The notes beneath the pieces were generated by a model, which saw only the letters and a program-made list of their open reading frames with translations, was not told the origin of the DNA and ran no database searches. A DNA stretch of 64,000 nucleotides, taken from positions 202,421-266,420 of IMG/VR virus record IMGVR_UViG_3300021254_000020; one strand, given 5' to 3'. This DNA is from a virus (Duplodnaviria; Caudoviricetes). Below are positions 50,955-60,308 of this stretch, in pieces (the first letter of the stretch is position 1; every line of letters begins with the position of its first letter). The position numbers were made by a program, and so were the translations under genes.

Positions 50955-51078
50955 AGTTGAGAAACAAGGAAGTTTCTTAAGACCTCTCGACGTAGTCATA
51001 TCCCTTGCTAAACCCTTGACTACGCAGCATAACTATAAAAAAGATAGGGCTTCTTCCTCCCTATCTTTTTTATTTTTT
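50955..51078 (+). ncRNA. candidate small structured RNA
   Basis: Early motif TATACTATA at 50945-50953, stems GAGAAAC/GTTTCTT and CGTAGTCA/TGACTACG, terminator AAAGATAGGG/CCCTATCTTT plus T-run; no ORF. Confidence 0.45.
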
Positions 51079-51241
51079 ATCATATAAATAACTAGATGAT
51101 AACAAGTAATAGTCCCACTTCACTATTATTTGTTCAATCATTGGTCTATTTCATTTATATTGGGTAGGCTATTATCTAGCCTACCCCTCTCTTTTTGACA
51201 TCTTAGTACTAAATAAATATAGTATAAAAGGAGGAATAGAA

Positions 51242-51871
51242 ATGAGCTGGAAAGTTAACTTAAAAGAAGTATACCAGATGGCTAGAGATGCCTACTGGCC
51301 ACTCTGGAATCTCGCCAAACAATATGGTAGGGACGTTAAGATTTATCTGCATTGGTCGAGTGGTCACTATACTACTGTATTTGATGATTATCACATTAAT
51401 ATCACTGGTGATGGTACATTGTACTGTACTGGTGATTTTGATGAAATTAAAAATGGGACATGGAGGCGTAATAGCGGTGCTATAAATATCTCTTTGTGCT
51501 GTGCTTATCGTGGTACTAGCAATGATCTAGGACCAGAACCACCTACTACCATTCAGATCGATCAAATGGCTAGAGTAGTCGCTGTTCTCTGTGATGCTTT
51601 GGATCTTACTATCGATATGAAACGAGTAATGACTCATGGTGAGGCTGCTGATAATATGGACGATTATACAGGAGCGTATCCGGACTCTGAAGTTTACGGA
51701 CCTGTCTACGGTGGTTGTGAACGATGGGACTTGCAGTATCTTGGTACAAATGAGTCTCCTAAATTCTTGAAGAATTATGATGATCCTCGTACTGGTGGTA
51801 ATGTATTACGAGGGAAAGCAAATTGGTTCCGTAACTATTGGAAGGAGCACCCGGAAGAAAGACCATACTAA
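51242..51871 (+). CDS. endolysin, N-acetylmuramoyl-L-alanine amidase-like
   Basis: IYLHWS..DYHINI..WRRNSGAINISLC..MTHGE amidase_2-type motifs; GACA-N6-TA motif at 51197-51208. Confidence 0.75.
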   Translation: MSWKVNLKEVYQMARDAYWPLWNLAKQYGRDVKIYLHWSSGHYTTVFDDYHINITGDGTLYCTGDFDEIKNGTWRRNSGAINISLCCAYRGTSNDLGPEPPTTIQIDQMARVVAVLCDALDLTIDMKRVMTHGEAADNMDDYTGAYPDSEVYGPVYGGCERWDLQYLGTNESPKFLKNYDDPRTGGNVLRGKANWFRNYWKEHPEERPY

Positions 51872-51933
51872 TAGTCATTAACTACTAGACAATGAGGTAG
51901 GTGCAGAGCCTACCTCATTGATTTAAATAGGAG

Positions 51934-52173
51934 ATGATTTGTATGCTAAGTATCTTTATGGACAACTTTGCTCTTTTACTATTAGATCTGTTTAATATAA
52001 ATCTAATAATAGGTTTAATAGGGCTAGTTATATCTCTTTTAGCAAATCTAGTAACTAAAGGAAAAAATAGTTTACTTAGATATTCTTTTGAATTTTTTAT
52101 AGCATATATAATTGCATTTGGTATAATGAGGATATTTCTAAATGCGATAGTATATGCATATAATTTAATATAG
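51934..52173 (+). CDS. small multi-TM protein, holin candidate
   Basis: Two hydrophobic segments, directly after the endolysin. Confidence 0.5.
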   Translation: MICMLSIFMDNFALLLLDLFNINLIIGLIGLVISLLANLVTKGKNSLLRYSFEFFIAYIIAFGIMRIFLNAIVYAYNLI

Positions 52174-52184
52174 GATGTGAATAC

Positions 52185-52454
52185 GTGGTGAGGATTTTTC
52201 TTTATACATTGATGGTATTGATATCACTTTGTTTAGGTTTTATTACTGAGTTATGTCTTAGTGATGCTGTTATGGGTCCAATTGCATTACGATATATCAA
52301 TATAATGATTAATGGAATAGTAGTGCTATGCTTACTTGGCATGATGCTTCTAATGTCTTATAATATCTATTATAAAGATAGATTAGATTATATGATTCTA
52401 ACCATAATAGTATTCTTTTCATATATAGGATTTGGGTTCTATATCAATAGATGA
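52185..52454 (+). CDS. small multi-TM protein, holin candidate
   Basis: Three hydrophobic segments in the lysis context; bidirectional hairpin at 52459-52484. Confidence 0.5.
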   Translation: MVRIFLYTLMVLISLCLGFITELCLSDAVMGPIALRYINIMINGIVVLCLLGMMLLMSYNIYYKDRLDYMILTIIVFFSYIGFGFYINR

Positions 52455-52490
52455 AAAAGAGGTAGACCATCATGGTCTACCTCCTCTATA

Positions 52491-55400
52491 TTATTTTTTA
52501 TCTTCGTCTTCTATACCATCCATGAGGATATCTTGTATGGGACGCCACTTTATCCCTAGCTCAGTCTGACAGGACCTGGCCAATTCGATCAGCCCCTTAT
52601 TAATCAGACCATTAGTCATACAACTAGACACCATACGACCAAAGACACCTGTAGAAGTAAGGAATGCACTGACGTACTCATTTGGGCGATACTCAGAGGT
52701 GGCTTCTTCCCCTTTAGGGATAAGTGTAGATACTACACCTTTCAGACCAGATAGGTATACTATCTTATCTCCTGATGCTAGCTTATCCACAGTCTTCAAA
52801 TAAAATTCTATGCGACAGCCGTCGAGATTTTTGAGCTTGCCCTCTTGAGGAAGTTTATAAGATGGTTCGAGTTCATACTCTTTATCTATCTTATAATCTC
52901 TCATTACCTTTTTGAGTTTATTAACCTTAGACTCATATTTCTTACAGATATGCTGTAAGGTATCACTCAATTTATTCATCTCTACTGTACGGTATACTTT
53001 GATATCTTGTACAATACCACTTACTTTAGCATGAACTTTCTTACGTCCAATATCAGATAATATTTCATTACCTTTAGTAAGACTCTTAAGAATAGCTGCT
53101 GCATCTTCTTCTTCAGCAGTATCAGAGAAGATAATGAGAGGTTCACCCTCTTGTACTTCTTGTCCTACTTCTACCATATGGAAAACGTTAGCATAAGATG
53201 CTAATGATACATCTTTTTGTACTACCAACTCAAAAGCCAATGCTTCAGAAATAGTATGATCCACTACACAAGAGTCTTCGAAGCCCATTGCTGTATTAAG
53301 TATACCTACTTTAGCAAGAGTACCGATATTATAACTAATATCGTTAGGATCTTTTCCATTATTTCCTACTGATGGTGAATAGGATGATTTGTTGTAGGCG
53401 ACGATATCGTTGTATTTGATCTTACTACCTTTTTTAATGCCAACATTAGGATCAAGCTTAGTAGTAATATAGAAGCCGCCGTCACTATTCTTTTGAATAG
53501 TCTCACGAAGATCAATATAATCACACTCCTTAGTATCATCATCTTGTAATACTATGTATTGATCCGTGACTTCTTTAACAGTTCCTCTCTTTCCTTTAAA
53601 CTTATAAGAGAATTTATTAGAGGTAAGATATGGCAAAGCCTGATCAGCACCAGTAGTAATAAGATTCGGCATACTCTTTTTGATCATCATTTGATGTTGT
53701 ACTGTCTGAGTGAAACCCATTGCTGTACGCATTGGGTCATCTCGATTTACTGCAAGAGGGGTCATAGCCTCCATGATAGAGAATGTAGATAGATTATCTA
53801 GATCCTTATTCTTAGAAGGAGTAATGAATCCACGCTTATTACGTACACCAGCATCTATTGTAGTCTGACGATTGATACCTACAGTACCAGCGAAACCTGT
53901 CGATAGAGATAATACACCAAGCATAGACTCATCATATGTTCTCTTTTCCATACTGAAGGCTCGTTCAGAGTTCATACCAGATAAACCCTTGAATGTTACC
54001 TTAGCTGCAGATTCTGCTTCTAGTAATGGAGATAGAGTAGATAGGTCTGAAGAAGTCTGGTCATGAGTCAGGATACTATCTATAACTGCTGACTTCTTGC
54101 AAGTGAAGGATACACTACCCTTGTTACGTTTAACACCATTGCGATAAGCACCATACTCTTTAGCCAATACACTATATAGATGGGCAACAATAACTTCATT
54201 TACACGAAGTCTATTACCAGTGATATCTGAATGACGGTTAAACTTAGTGTCTGTTAGCAAGCTACTAGCATATAGCAGAGCATCAATATACTCATGAGGA
54301 ATATGCAGTATCTTACAGATCTCTACAGTAATAGGATCCATCATTAGATCTGCAAAGTTATCCAGACCATCAGCTTTTATCCTACCACCATAGTCATCTA
54401 ATACTCCTAACCACATATCTTTGCTATTGATCTCACCAATACTATATTCAGTGGTATCAAATTGCATCATGCCATTCATGAGCATATTATCAGCATCAGA
54501 TCTAGGATAATAGATCATATAACCATCATTAAACTTAATATAGTTTTGACCCTTTGCTGGTCTCTTTTCAGAGAATTCGTATTTGATACCAACCTTACTC
54601 AGTACTTTCTGTAATCCAATAGTATATGCAGCTACTACAATAACAGGAATCGTCATATTTAGTATGGACGCTTCTGAGAACATTAGCCTATTAGCTACAG
54701 CTGAAGCAGCATATAATTCCTTGAACCTATCTGACTTCTCTCCAAGAAGTTCTTTGATATATTCATCTGCTGGCATATCAGCAGGGATAGGAATCCTCTT
54801 ACCATCCTTTACATAGATAGCTAGATATTTCTTAGCAAGATCTTCTTCCTTGAGTTTCTGATCTTCTTTAGGAAGACCAGTTCTATCAATAGGAATCTTA
54901 GATAGATTATCCATATTGAAAGAAATATAGCTATGATCCTTAAAGGAAATGGTACTAAATAGAGATGCCAAATCAATGAAGGATACTGGCAAGACGTAGT
55001 TGTTAGATACCTTACTATTGTCACCAGGGATTACTTTGAAATCATTACCATCCCACTTAGATAATACCTTCATTATCTTATTAACTACTGGAGTGGATTT
55101 ACCAAACCCAGAAGGAGATTTCCGTCTAATGAAGATTTTATTGTAGTTAGATACTATCTGTACAGTATCTCTATCAGTCTTTTCTATAGGAAGAAGCATC
55201 AACTGACCAATGAGTACTTTCTCATTACCACGGAGTTTCATAAAGCGACTACCAATCATACGAGGGATATCTACTTTAACAGTAGATCTCTTACCATTCT
55301 CTGCATCCTCATATTGTACAGTCCATGTATCTACATAATCTTCACTAGTAGATGTATTCTCTACGTCAATGGAGATAATATTCATAGGATGTGTAGTAGT

Positions 55401-56951
55401 GGTAAAGTGCTTAAACATAGCCACGATATCAGCTTGCATATCCTCTTTCGTATATATCTCATTAAAGTTAGGGAACTTAACGTGTTTCCAATGATCATCA
55501 ATAGAATCTATTGGTAATGCAGTTTCAGGGATATCATCATTGGATTCAAACTGCTTAATTATATCAGGTACTTTCTTTCCTCTAATCTGCTTTTTAAGTA
55601 GCTCTTTTTGCATGGCATCATATCTATCTGCTCTAGCCTTATCCATTTTGATACCATCTTCTGCTTGAAGAGAAAGCAATAGTTCTTTAAACTTCTCCTC
55701 TTCTTCAGCATCATTACTAGTATCTAATTCCTTTTCTGCGTCGTCCATAGTAGTAGCCTTATCTGCTATAGCATCAAGCTTATCTACTAACTCATCTCTC
55801 TTCAACTCTATATCAGTCTTGGAGTCATCATCTTCACTATCAATATCTTTCTTAACCAAATTAGTTATATTGATACCTCCATTTGCTAATTTAAGAGCAA
55901 GATGATTCATTATAACTAGTTTACTGTCCTTATCTATGAATTCTGCTTTAGAGAAATCATTTCTAGCCATTTTAGTAATAAGGTTAATGAATTTTGGTAC
56001 ATCGGTATTGTAGTTGAAGTTTTCACCAAGTCTAAAAGTGAAGAAACCACCATTAGAGATAATACAGATAAGACTCTTCTTCCAATCAGTGAATCTATCT
56101 ATTCTCATTTTAAGAGATCTGTATAAGAGACTGATAGGATTAGTATTCTCTTCATGATTGAGTATATTAGTAGACCCCTTAGCCCAATCATCGAAAGGAA
56201 TAATAATAGTTCTCTTAGTATAATCATCGAATCTATTATCACTTAGGAATCTAGATATGAATGCACCAAAGAGATCTAATGCTCTATCACCTTTATACAT
56301 TCCTTTATTCTGGAAGAATAATTCAGTATAGTAACTCAGGTCATAGAATAAGTTTCTATTCTTATATAGAGATGGATTAACAAACGTATATTTCAGTTGA
56401 GGGACTTGTTCCTTAACCTTCTCATATAGTTTCATTACTTCTTGCTGATTCTTCAATCTACCAGAGTATAGCATCTTTTTAAAGACGGAGGTTAGGTTAT
56501 ATTGACCATATTTAGTTTTAAGATTCTCTTCTTGTAACACATCTTCATTTAGTACTTCATCTACAAAGTCATTGAAGAATACTCTATTATGGGTTTCATT
56601 TGTAGAGTAATTCATACTAGCCTTGAAAAGTGATACATCATTATCTCCTAAAGAAAGAGACTCTTGAAGAGTAGAGAGAGCATCATAGTTCTCTCCATTA
56701 ATAATTAATTGATTATCTTCATTAAGTTTTTTATTTATAATTATATCTACGTTCTTTTCCAAGAAATAAGACTGGAAGTTATAAGAGTTATTACCAGCAT
56801 TCTTCGAATTCATCACTGAAATAGAAGATTGCATATTAGGAGTCATCAAATAAACCAAACTACCATTCATTCTATTAGTGGGGTCTATAGGAAATCTATA
56901 TTGACCCTTGTACATTGTGAGAGTTTTAGTCTCATCAAGATATACAGCCAT
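52491..56951 (-). CDS. rpoB: phage multisubunit RNA polymerase beta-like subunit (probably virion RNAP)
   Basis: Beta motifs LRGNEKVLIGQL, DDPMRTAMG..Q, GFEDS, GDK....GLKGVVS, GRM; lacks the extreme C-terminal GQRFGEME region (split subunit); late motif at 56980-56993 and N-terminal LNE/LQE sites. Confidence 0.88.
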   Translation of the reverse strand: MAVYLDETKTLTMYKGQYRFPIDPTNRMNGSLVYLMTPNMQSSISVMNSKNAGNNSYNFQSYFLEKNVDIIINKKLNEDNQLIINGENYDALSTLQESLSLGDNDVSLFKASMNYSTNETHNRVFFNDFVDEVLNEDVLQEENLKTKYGQYNLTSVFKKMLYSGRLKNQQEVMKLYEKVKEQVPQLKYTFVNPSLYKNRNLFYDLSYYTELFFQNKGMYKGDRALDLFGAFISRFLSDNRFDDYTKRTIIIPFDDWAKGSTNILNHEENTNPISLLYRSLKMRIDRFTDWKKSLICIISNGGFFTFRLGENFNYNTDVPKFINLITKMARNDFSKAEFIDKDSKLVIMNHLALKLANGGINITNLVKKDIDSEDDDSKTDIELKRDELVDKLDAIADKATTMDDAEKELDTSNDAEEEEKFKELLLSLQAEDGIKMDKARADRYDAMQKELLKKQIRGKKVPDIIKQFESNDDIPETALPIDSIDDHWKHVKFPNFNEIYTKEDMQADIVAMFKHFTTTTHPMNIISIDVENTSTSEDYVDTWTVQYEDAENGKRSTVKVDIPRMIGSRFMKLRGNEKVLIGQLMLLPIEKTDRDTVQIVSNYNKIFIRRKSPSGFGKSTPVVNKIMKVLSKWDGNDFKVIPGDNSKVSNNYVLPVSFIDLASLFSTISFKDHSYISFNMDNLSKIPIDRTGLPKEDQKLKEEDLAKKYLAIYVKDGKRIPIPADMPADEYIKELLGEKSDRFKELYAASAVANRLMFSEASILNMTIPVIVVAAYTIGLQKVLSKVGIKYEFSEKRPAKGQNYIKFNDGYMIYYPRSDADNMLMNGMMQFDTTEYSIGEINSKDMWLGVLDDYGGRIKADGLDNFADLMMDPITVEICKILHIPHEYIDALLYASSLLTDTKFNRHSDITGNRLRVNEVIVAHLYSVLAKEYGAYRNGVKRNKGSVSFTCKKSAVIDSILTHDQTSSDLSTLSPLLEAESAAKVTFKGLSGMNSERAFSMEKRTYDESMLGVLSLSTGFAGTVGINRQTTIDAGVRNKRGFITPSKNKDLDNLSTFSIMEAMTPLAVNRDDPMRTAMGFTQTVQHQMMIKKSMPNLITTGADQALPYLTSNKFSYKFKGKRGTVKEVTDQYIVLQDDDTKECDYIDLRETIQKNSDGGFYITTKLDPNVGIKKGSKIKYNDIVAYNKSSYSPSVGNNGKDPNDISYNIGTLAKVGILNTAMGFEDSCVVDHTISEALAFELVVQKDVSLASYANVFHMVEVGQEVQEGEPLIIFSDTAEEEDAAAILKSLTKGNEILSDIGRKKVHAKVSGIVQDIKVYRTVEMNKLSDTLQHICKKYESKVNKLKKVMRDYKIDKEYELEPSYKLPQEGKLKNLDGCRIEFYLKTVDKLASGDKIVYLSGLKGVVSTLIPKGEEATSEYRPNEYVSAFLTSTGVFGRMVSSCMTNGLINKGLIELARSCQTELGIKWRPIQDILMDGIEDEDKK

Positions 56952-57019
56952 AAGATATACCTCCTCAAATGATTACGATATTATGACAATGTCACCCATA
57001 CCATTATTAACTTGAGGCA

Positions 57020-57028
57020 TATATTATA
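57020..57028 (+). promoter_or_regulatory. early-type promoter motif TATATTATA
   Basis: Same motif seen upstream of more than 10 small non-structural operons. Confidence 0.65.
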
Positions 57029-57039
57029 ATAGTGAGGAG

Positions 57040-57222
57040 GTGAAATGGATGAAATCTAATGCTTGTTCGCACTGCATATGCTCAATCTGCGAGGATAAGG
57101 GATGCGTTGAATGTGCATTATGTAAAGGGCGATACAAGACAGACAGCTGCTCGGAAGCGTTTATAACTCCGAGAAAAAGGAAGAAGACAAATGATCGAAA
57201 GACTACCAATCGAAGACAGTAA
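57040..57222 (+). CDS. small Cys-rich protein
   Basis: CSHCICSIC...CVECALC...C; GAGGAGG RBS (the start may be the second Met). Confidence 0.6.
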   Translation: MKWMKSNACSHCICSICEDKGCVECALCKGRYKTDSCSEAFITPRKRKKTNDRKTTNRRQ

Positions 57223-57271
57223 TCGTGGGTAGAGAATTGTCAATCTCTACCAAAGGAAGGAGAAATTAGTA

Positions 57272-57727
57272 ATGAGTAACAAAGGACATGTGTCAATCGG
57301 TGACGAACTTTTATTCGAATTCAAATTGCCAGCAAATTGGACTAAGGAAGCACTATACAATAGACTCAGAGATGAGATAGGAGCTGCAGATGGAGGAGCA
57401 GCTGCGTTGTCTAAGAATAGAATCAGATTCTATATGAAGATAAAGGGTTATGTAGATCCAAACATTGTTCCTGAAGAACTGGCTTGCTTAGCTTGCCCTA
57501 AGAGATCTAGTTATCGTCGTTATGATGATTATAATGGACTTAGAGGTGTTAAACAACCAGTATTGGTATTGGATTCTGATTACGTTGATTTCCGTGATTA
57601 TAATATAATGTGCTCTTACTATACTGACTTAGGAGATGGAACTGAGTTTGATAACAATATCGAAGTCTGGGCAGATAGATCTAGCATCTGGAGATGGATT
57701 GGAAGAAAAACTGGGTTCTGCGCTTAA
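57272..57727 (+). CDS. hypothetical protein
   Basis: 151-aa ORF, AAGGAG RBS. Confidence 0.75.
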   Translation: MSNKGHVSIGDELLFEFKLPANWTKEALYNRLRDEIGAADGGAAALSKNRIRFYMKIKGYVDPNIVPEELACLACPKRSSYRRYDDYNGLRGVKQPVLVLDSDYVDFRDYNIMCSYYTDLGDGTEFDNNIEVWADRSSIWRWIGRKTGFCA

Positions 57728-57779
57728 AAATTAAATACCCCCCAACACCAAAATAACCAATTAAGAGAGGAGAATAGTA

Positions 57780-57926
57780 ATGGAGAAAACAGAATTTCTT
57801 AAACTAATCTCTAACCTATCTAGGGATCAAATTCAGCAAGTAATCAAAGAAAAAGAAAAATGCAGAAAGATGATTTACCCAGCAGTGTATATCTGTAGGG
57901 ATAAGAAAAAGGAGGATAAGAAATGA
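57780..57926 (+). CDS. small hypothetical protein (48 aa, not in ORF track)
   Basis: Read manually: MEKTEFLKLISNLSRD...EDKK*; GAGGAG RBS; ATGA overlap with 57923. Confidence 0.6.
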   Translation: MEKTEFLKLISNLSRDQIQQVIKEKEKCRKMIYPAVYICRDKKKEDKK

Positions 57927-58159
57927 GTTTATTGTATGATTACTTCTTACCTGTATTATACAATATCTTATTCATTTATATTCTCTTAAATGGATTAAGC
58001 GATAAGAAGTGGATAGACGTTCCTATACGTCTATTCGTTATTTGTCCGTTAGTTTGGTCCATCTTACACTTTGGGATTATCGTCGTTATAGTCACAGTAA
58101 TATTATCAATACTAATCATATATTCGAAGTTCTTTGGTGAGAATACAGGGGGTAATTAA
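57923..58159 (+). CDS. small membrane protein
   Basis: Two to three hydrophobic segments; GGAGG RBS. Confidence 0.7.
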   Translation: MSLLYDYFLPVLYNILFIYILLNGLSDKKWIDVPIRLFVICPLVWSILHFGIIVVIVTVILSILIIYSKFFGENTGGN

Positions 58160-58160
58160 A

Positions 58161-58739
58161 ATGCCGATGACAGTAGAACAAGTAATAGCTCAAATTCAGC
58201 AATCTAGACGGATGGCTGATGAAGCTGGTAAGAGAACGTATGACACTAAAAGCCAAAAGAATGAGCTAGCAGTAATGACTGCTATGCTTAATGACTGTTC
58301 ATATCAGGTAGGAGTATATAACAACTCAGGATATCAGGGGTTGTATTGTCCTGCTCAGTCATTCCGCAGACTAGTATCTAACTCAATGGCAGCAATGACT
58401 GGTATGAGCAGAATGGAAACTGATGGCTTAGTATCTAAGTATGAATTTGGTCCAAATGATTCTAAGGAGATGATTAACTTCTCTAAAGAATTCATTCATA
58501 CTTATCTTAAGACTGGTAGAAAGCTACCATTAGGTGGACGAGAGGCTAGTAATATTAGCCTAATGCTAAAACAAGTTCCTGGAGGTACAGTCTCTTATCC
58601 AGTAAAGGTAGGAGAAGATTCTCAAGGTCATGCTATCTGTGAGTCCAAGACTGCCTATGTGGGAGCATATGAAACGGTCAAGGTATACGGTCCTTGTCCA
58701 GCATGGAAAAAAGAAGAGGTTAAAAACGGTAATAAATGA
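58161..58739 (+). CDS. hypothetical protein (possibly DNA-binding)
   Basis: ATG at 58161 with GGGGG RBS; SKEFIHTYLKTGRKLPLGGRE block; function not established. Confidence 0.7.
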   Translation: MPMTVEQVIAQIQQSRRMADEAGKRTYDTKSQKNELAVMTAMLNDCSYQVGVYNNSGYQGLYCPAQSFRRLVSNSMAAMTGMSRMETDGLVSKYEFGPNDSKEMINFSKEFIHTYLKTGRKLPLGGREASNISLMLKQVPGGTVSYPVKVGEDSQGHAICESKTAYVGAYETVKVYGPCPAWKKEEVKNGNK

Positions 58740-58751
58740 GGAAGTAATATA

Positions 58752-59774
58752 ATGGATGTCGTAATATTCCCAAATGCAAGAAATGTAGGGGTAATGCCTC
58801 CTACCAATATCCTCACTAGTAATCTTATTCAGATGACTACTAAGGATATGGACAACATACTCAAGTTCCATAAAAAACAAAAGATAACCAATATCATTTT
58901 CAGATATGGGGATCCTATGGATATTGGAATAGAGTTCTTCATGCATCTATTAGATAAGCTAGATTCTGATCCTAAGTATGAGAAGACTAGAGTGACTATT
59001 GAGAGTCCTCTTATCTCATTCTTAAAAAGGTATGGGGCATGGAAGAATGTAATAGACCACGATCGTGTTCTAGTAAAAGCTACATTCAATTATGGAGAAA
59101 AGGAGAGTAGTGGTAGATTCTTCTCTGATTCGAATCTAATGGATGCCTATTCTAGATTTTGGTACAGCTTTCATTATCGTCCTGTGTTAATCTACTATAA
59201 GAGTTTTGATAATACTAGATATGCATCTCATATGGAAAGGTTAGCTCTGATGCTAAAAACTACATTAGAGGTTAGAGACACTACAACTTCAAAAGATGAT
59301 TGGTGCAAAAATGAGGCCTTCTACTTGAATGATTCATATCGGTATACGACATCTTGTGTATGGTTTGATCAAAATCCATCTAAGTATGAATCAAACTCTG
59401 ATACAGAGATCCATAACATCGAAAAGAAGAGGGATGAAGTTGCAACTAAACTCAAAGAGAGATCAGAGAAAGCAGAACGGCAAGCAGAAGCTCGTAGAAA
59501 AGAAGAAGAACGAGAGAATGCTATACTTAAGTCTATAAAAGTCTCTAAAGAAATCCAAGAGCTCAATAAACCAAAAGCAGTCACTAAAAAGAAGCGTACT
59601 ACTACTAAACCCAATTCAGGATTTACTAAGGAACAAAAGGAACAGCTTCATATTATTAGAGACAAGACTGTTAGTAAGCTGAATAGCGAGGTTTCTACTA
59701 AGAAACATGTAAAGCATCATATTGATCTCTACGAAGCAATAGAGAAGTTCAGGGCTACTAATAACTTAGGTTAA
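58752..59774 (+). CDS. degenerate radical-SAM-like protein
   Basis: VVIFPN...IIFRYGDPM resembles IKPT..CxxxCxxC...GGEP(L), but the Cys triad is absent. Confidence 0.45.
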   Translation: MDVVIFPNARNVGVMPPTNILTSNLIQMTTKDMDNILKFHKKQKITNIIFRYGDPMDIGIEFFMHLLDKLDSDPKYEKTRVTIESPLISFLKRYGAWKNVIDHDRVLVKATFNYGEKESSGRFFSDSNLMDAYSRFWYSFHYRPVLIYYKSFDNTRYASHMERLALMLKTTLEVRDTTTSKDDWCKNEAFYLNDSYRYTTSCVWFDQNPSKYESNSDTEIHNIEKKRDEVATKLKERSEKAERQAEARRKEEERENAILKSIKVSKEIQELNKPKAVTKKKRTTTKPNSGFTKEQKEQLHIIRDKTVSKLNSEVSTKKHVKHHIDLYEAIEKFRATNNLG

Positions 59775-59786
59775 GAAGGTATTGTA

Positions 59787-60209
59787 ATGGGAAAGTATCA
59801 TAATGTGATTCACAATATTCAAGAATTGGTTGATAATATTAGTTCTGATTCTGGTATAAATAAGATATTATCACGAGGAGTAGAAGAATACATATCATCC
59901 ATTCTTGATGAGATACTAGATTCCAACCCAGATATATTTGGTGAGACAAATCACATGTCTTACTTCTATGAGAATCATTTGGGGTACGAGGTTATATTTG
60001 AAAATATTGGCAAGGTTCAAATATATACCTTTAGATGTGGGAAGATCGATATCAATTTAGAAAAAGAATTGGTACGATCTTTGTGGGAAGTCTATACTTG
60101 TAGTGCTGATGCTGAAGATAAATCCATCAGCCAAAATGATGCTAACCATTTCGCTAACATTATGAAGTCATACTTCGATGTATCTGAAGTTCCTGTATTG
60201 ACTAATTAA
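59787..60209 (+). CDS. hypothetical protein
   Basis: 140-aa ORF in an operon. Confidence 0.75.
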   Translation: MGKYHNVIHNIQELVDNISSDSGINKILSRGVEEYISSILDEILDSNPDIFGETNHMSYFYENHLGYEVIFENIGKVQIYTFRCGKIDINLEKELVRSLWEVYTCSADAEDKSISQNDANHFANIMKSYFDVSEVPVLTN

Positions 60210-60224
60210 AAAGCGAAATGAGCA

Positions 60225-60233
60225 TATATTATA
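60225..60233 (+). promoter_or_regulatory. early-type promoter motif TATATTATA
   Basis: Upstream of 60309, followed by a GAGATGG/CCATCTC hairpin. Confidence 0.65.
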
Positions 60234-60308
60234 TTATTGAGATGGATTGGTCACCATCTCGCGACTATAATTGTATAAGCTACATAGTAGCTGAAAGGGG
60301 TATTAGAA

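Noticed and set aside
52491-56951. Intein or group I intron in the RNAP gene
   Set aside because: The ORF is continuous, with no evident intein-terminal or LAGLIDADG motifs.
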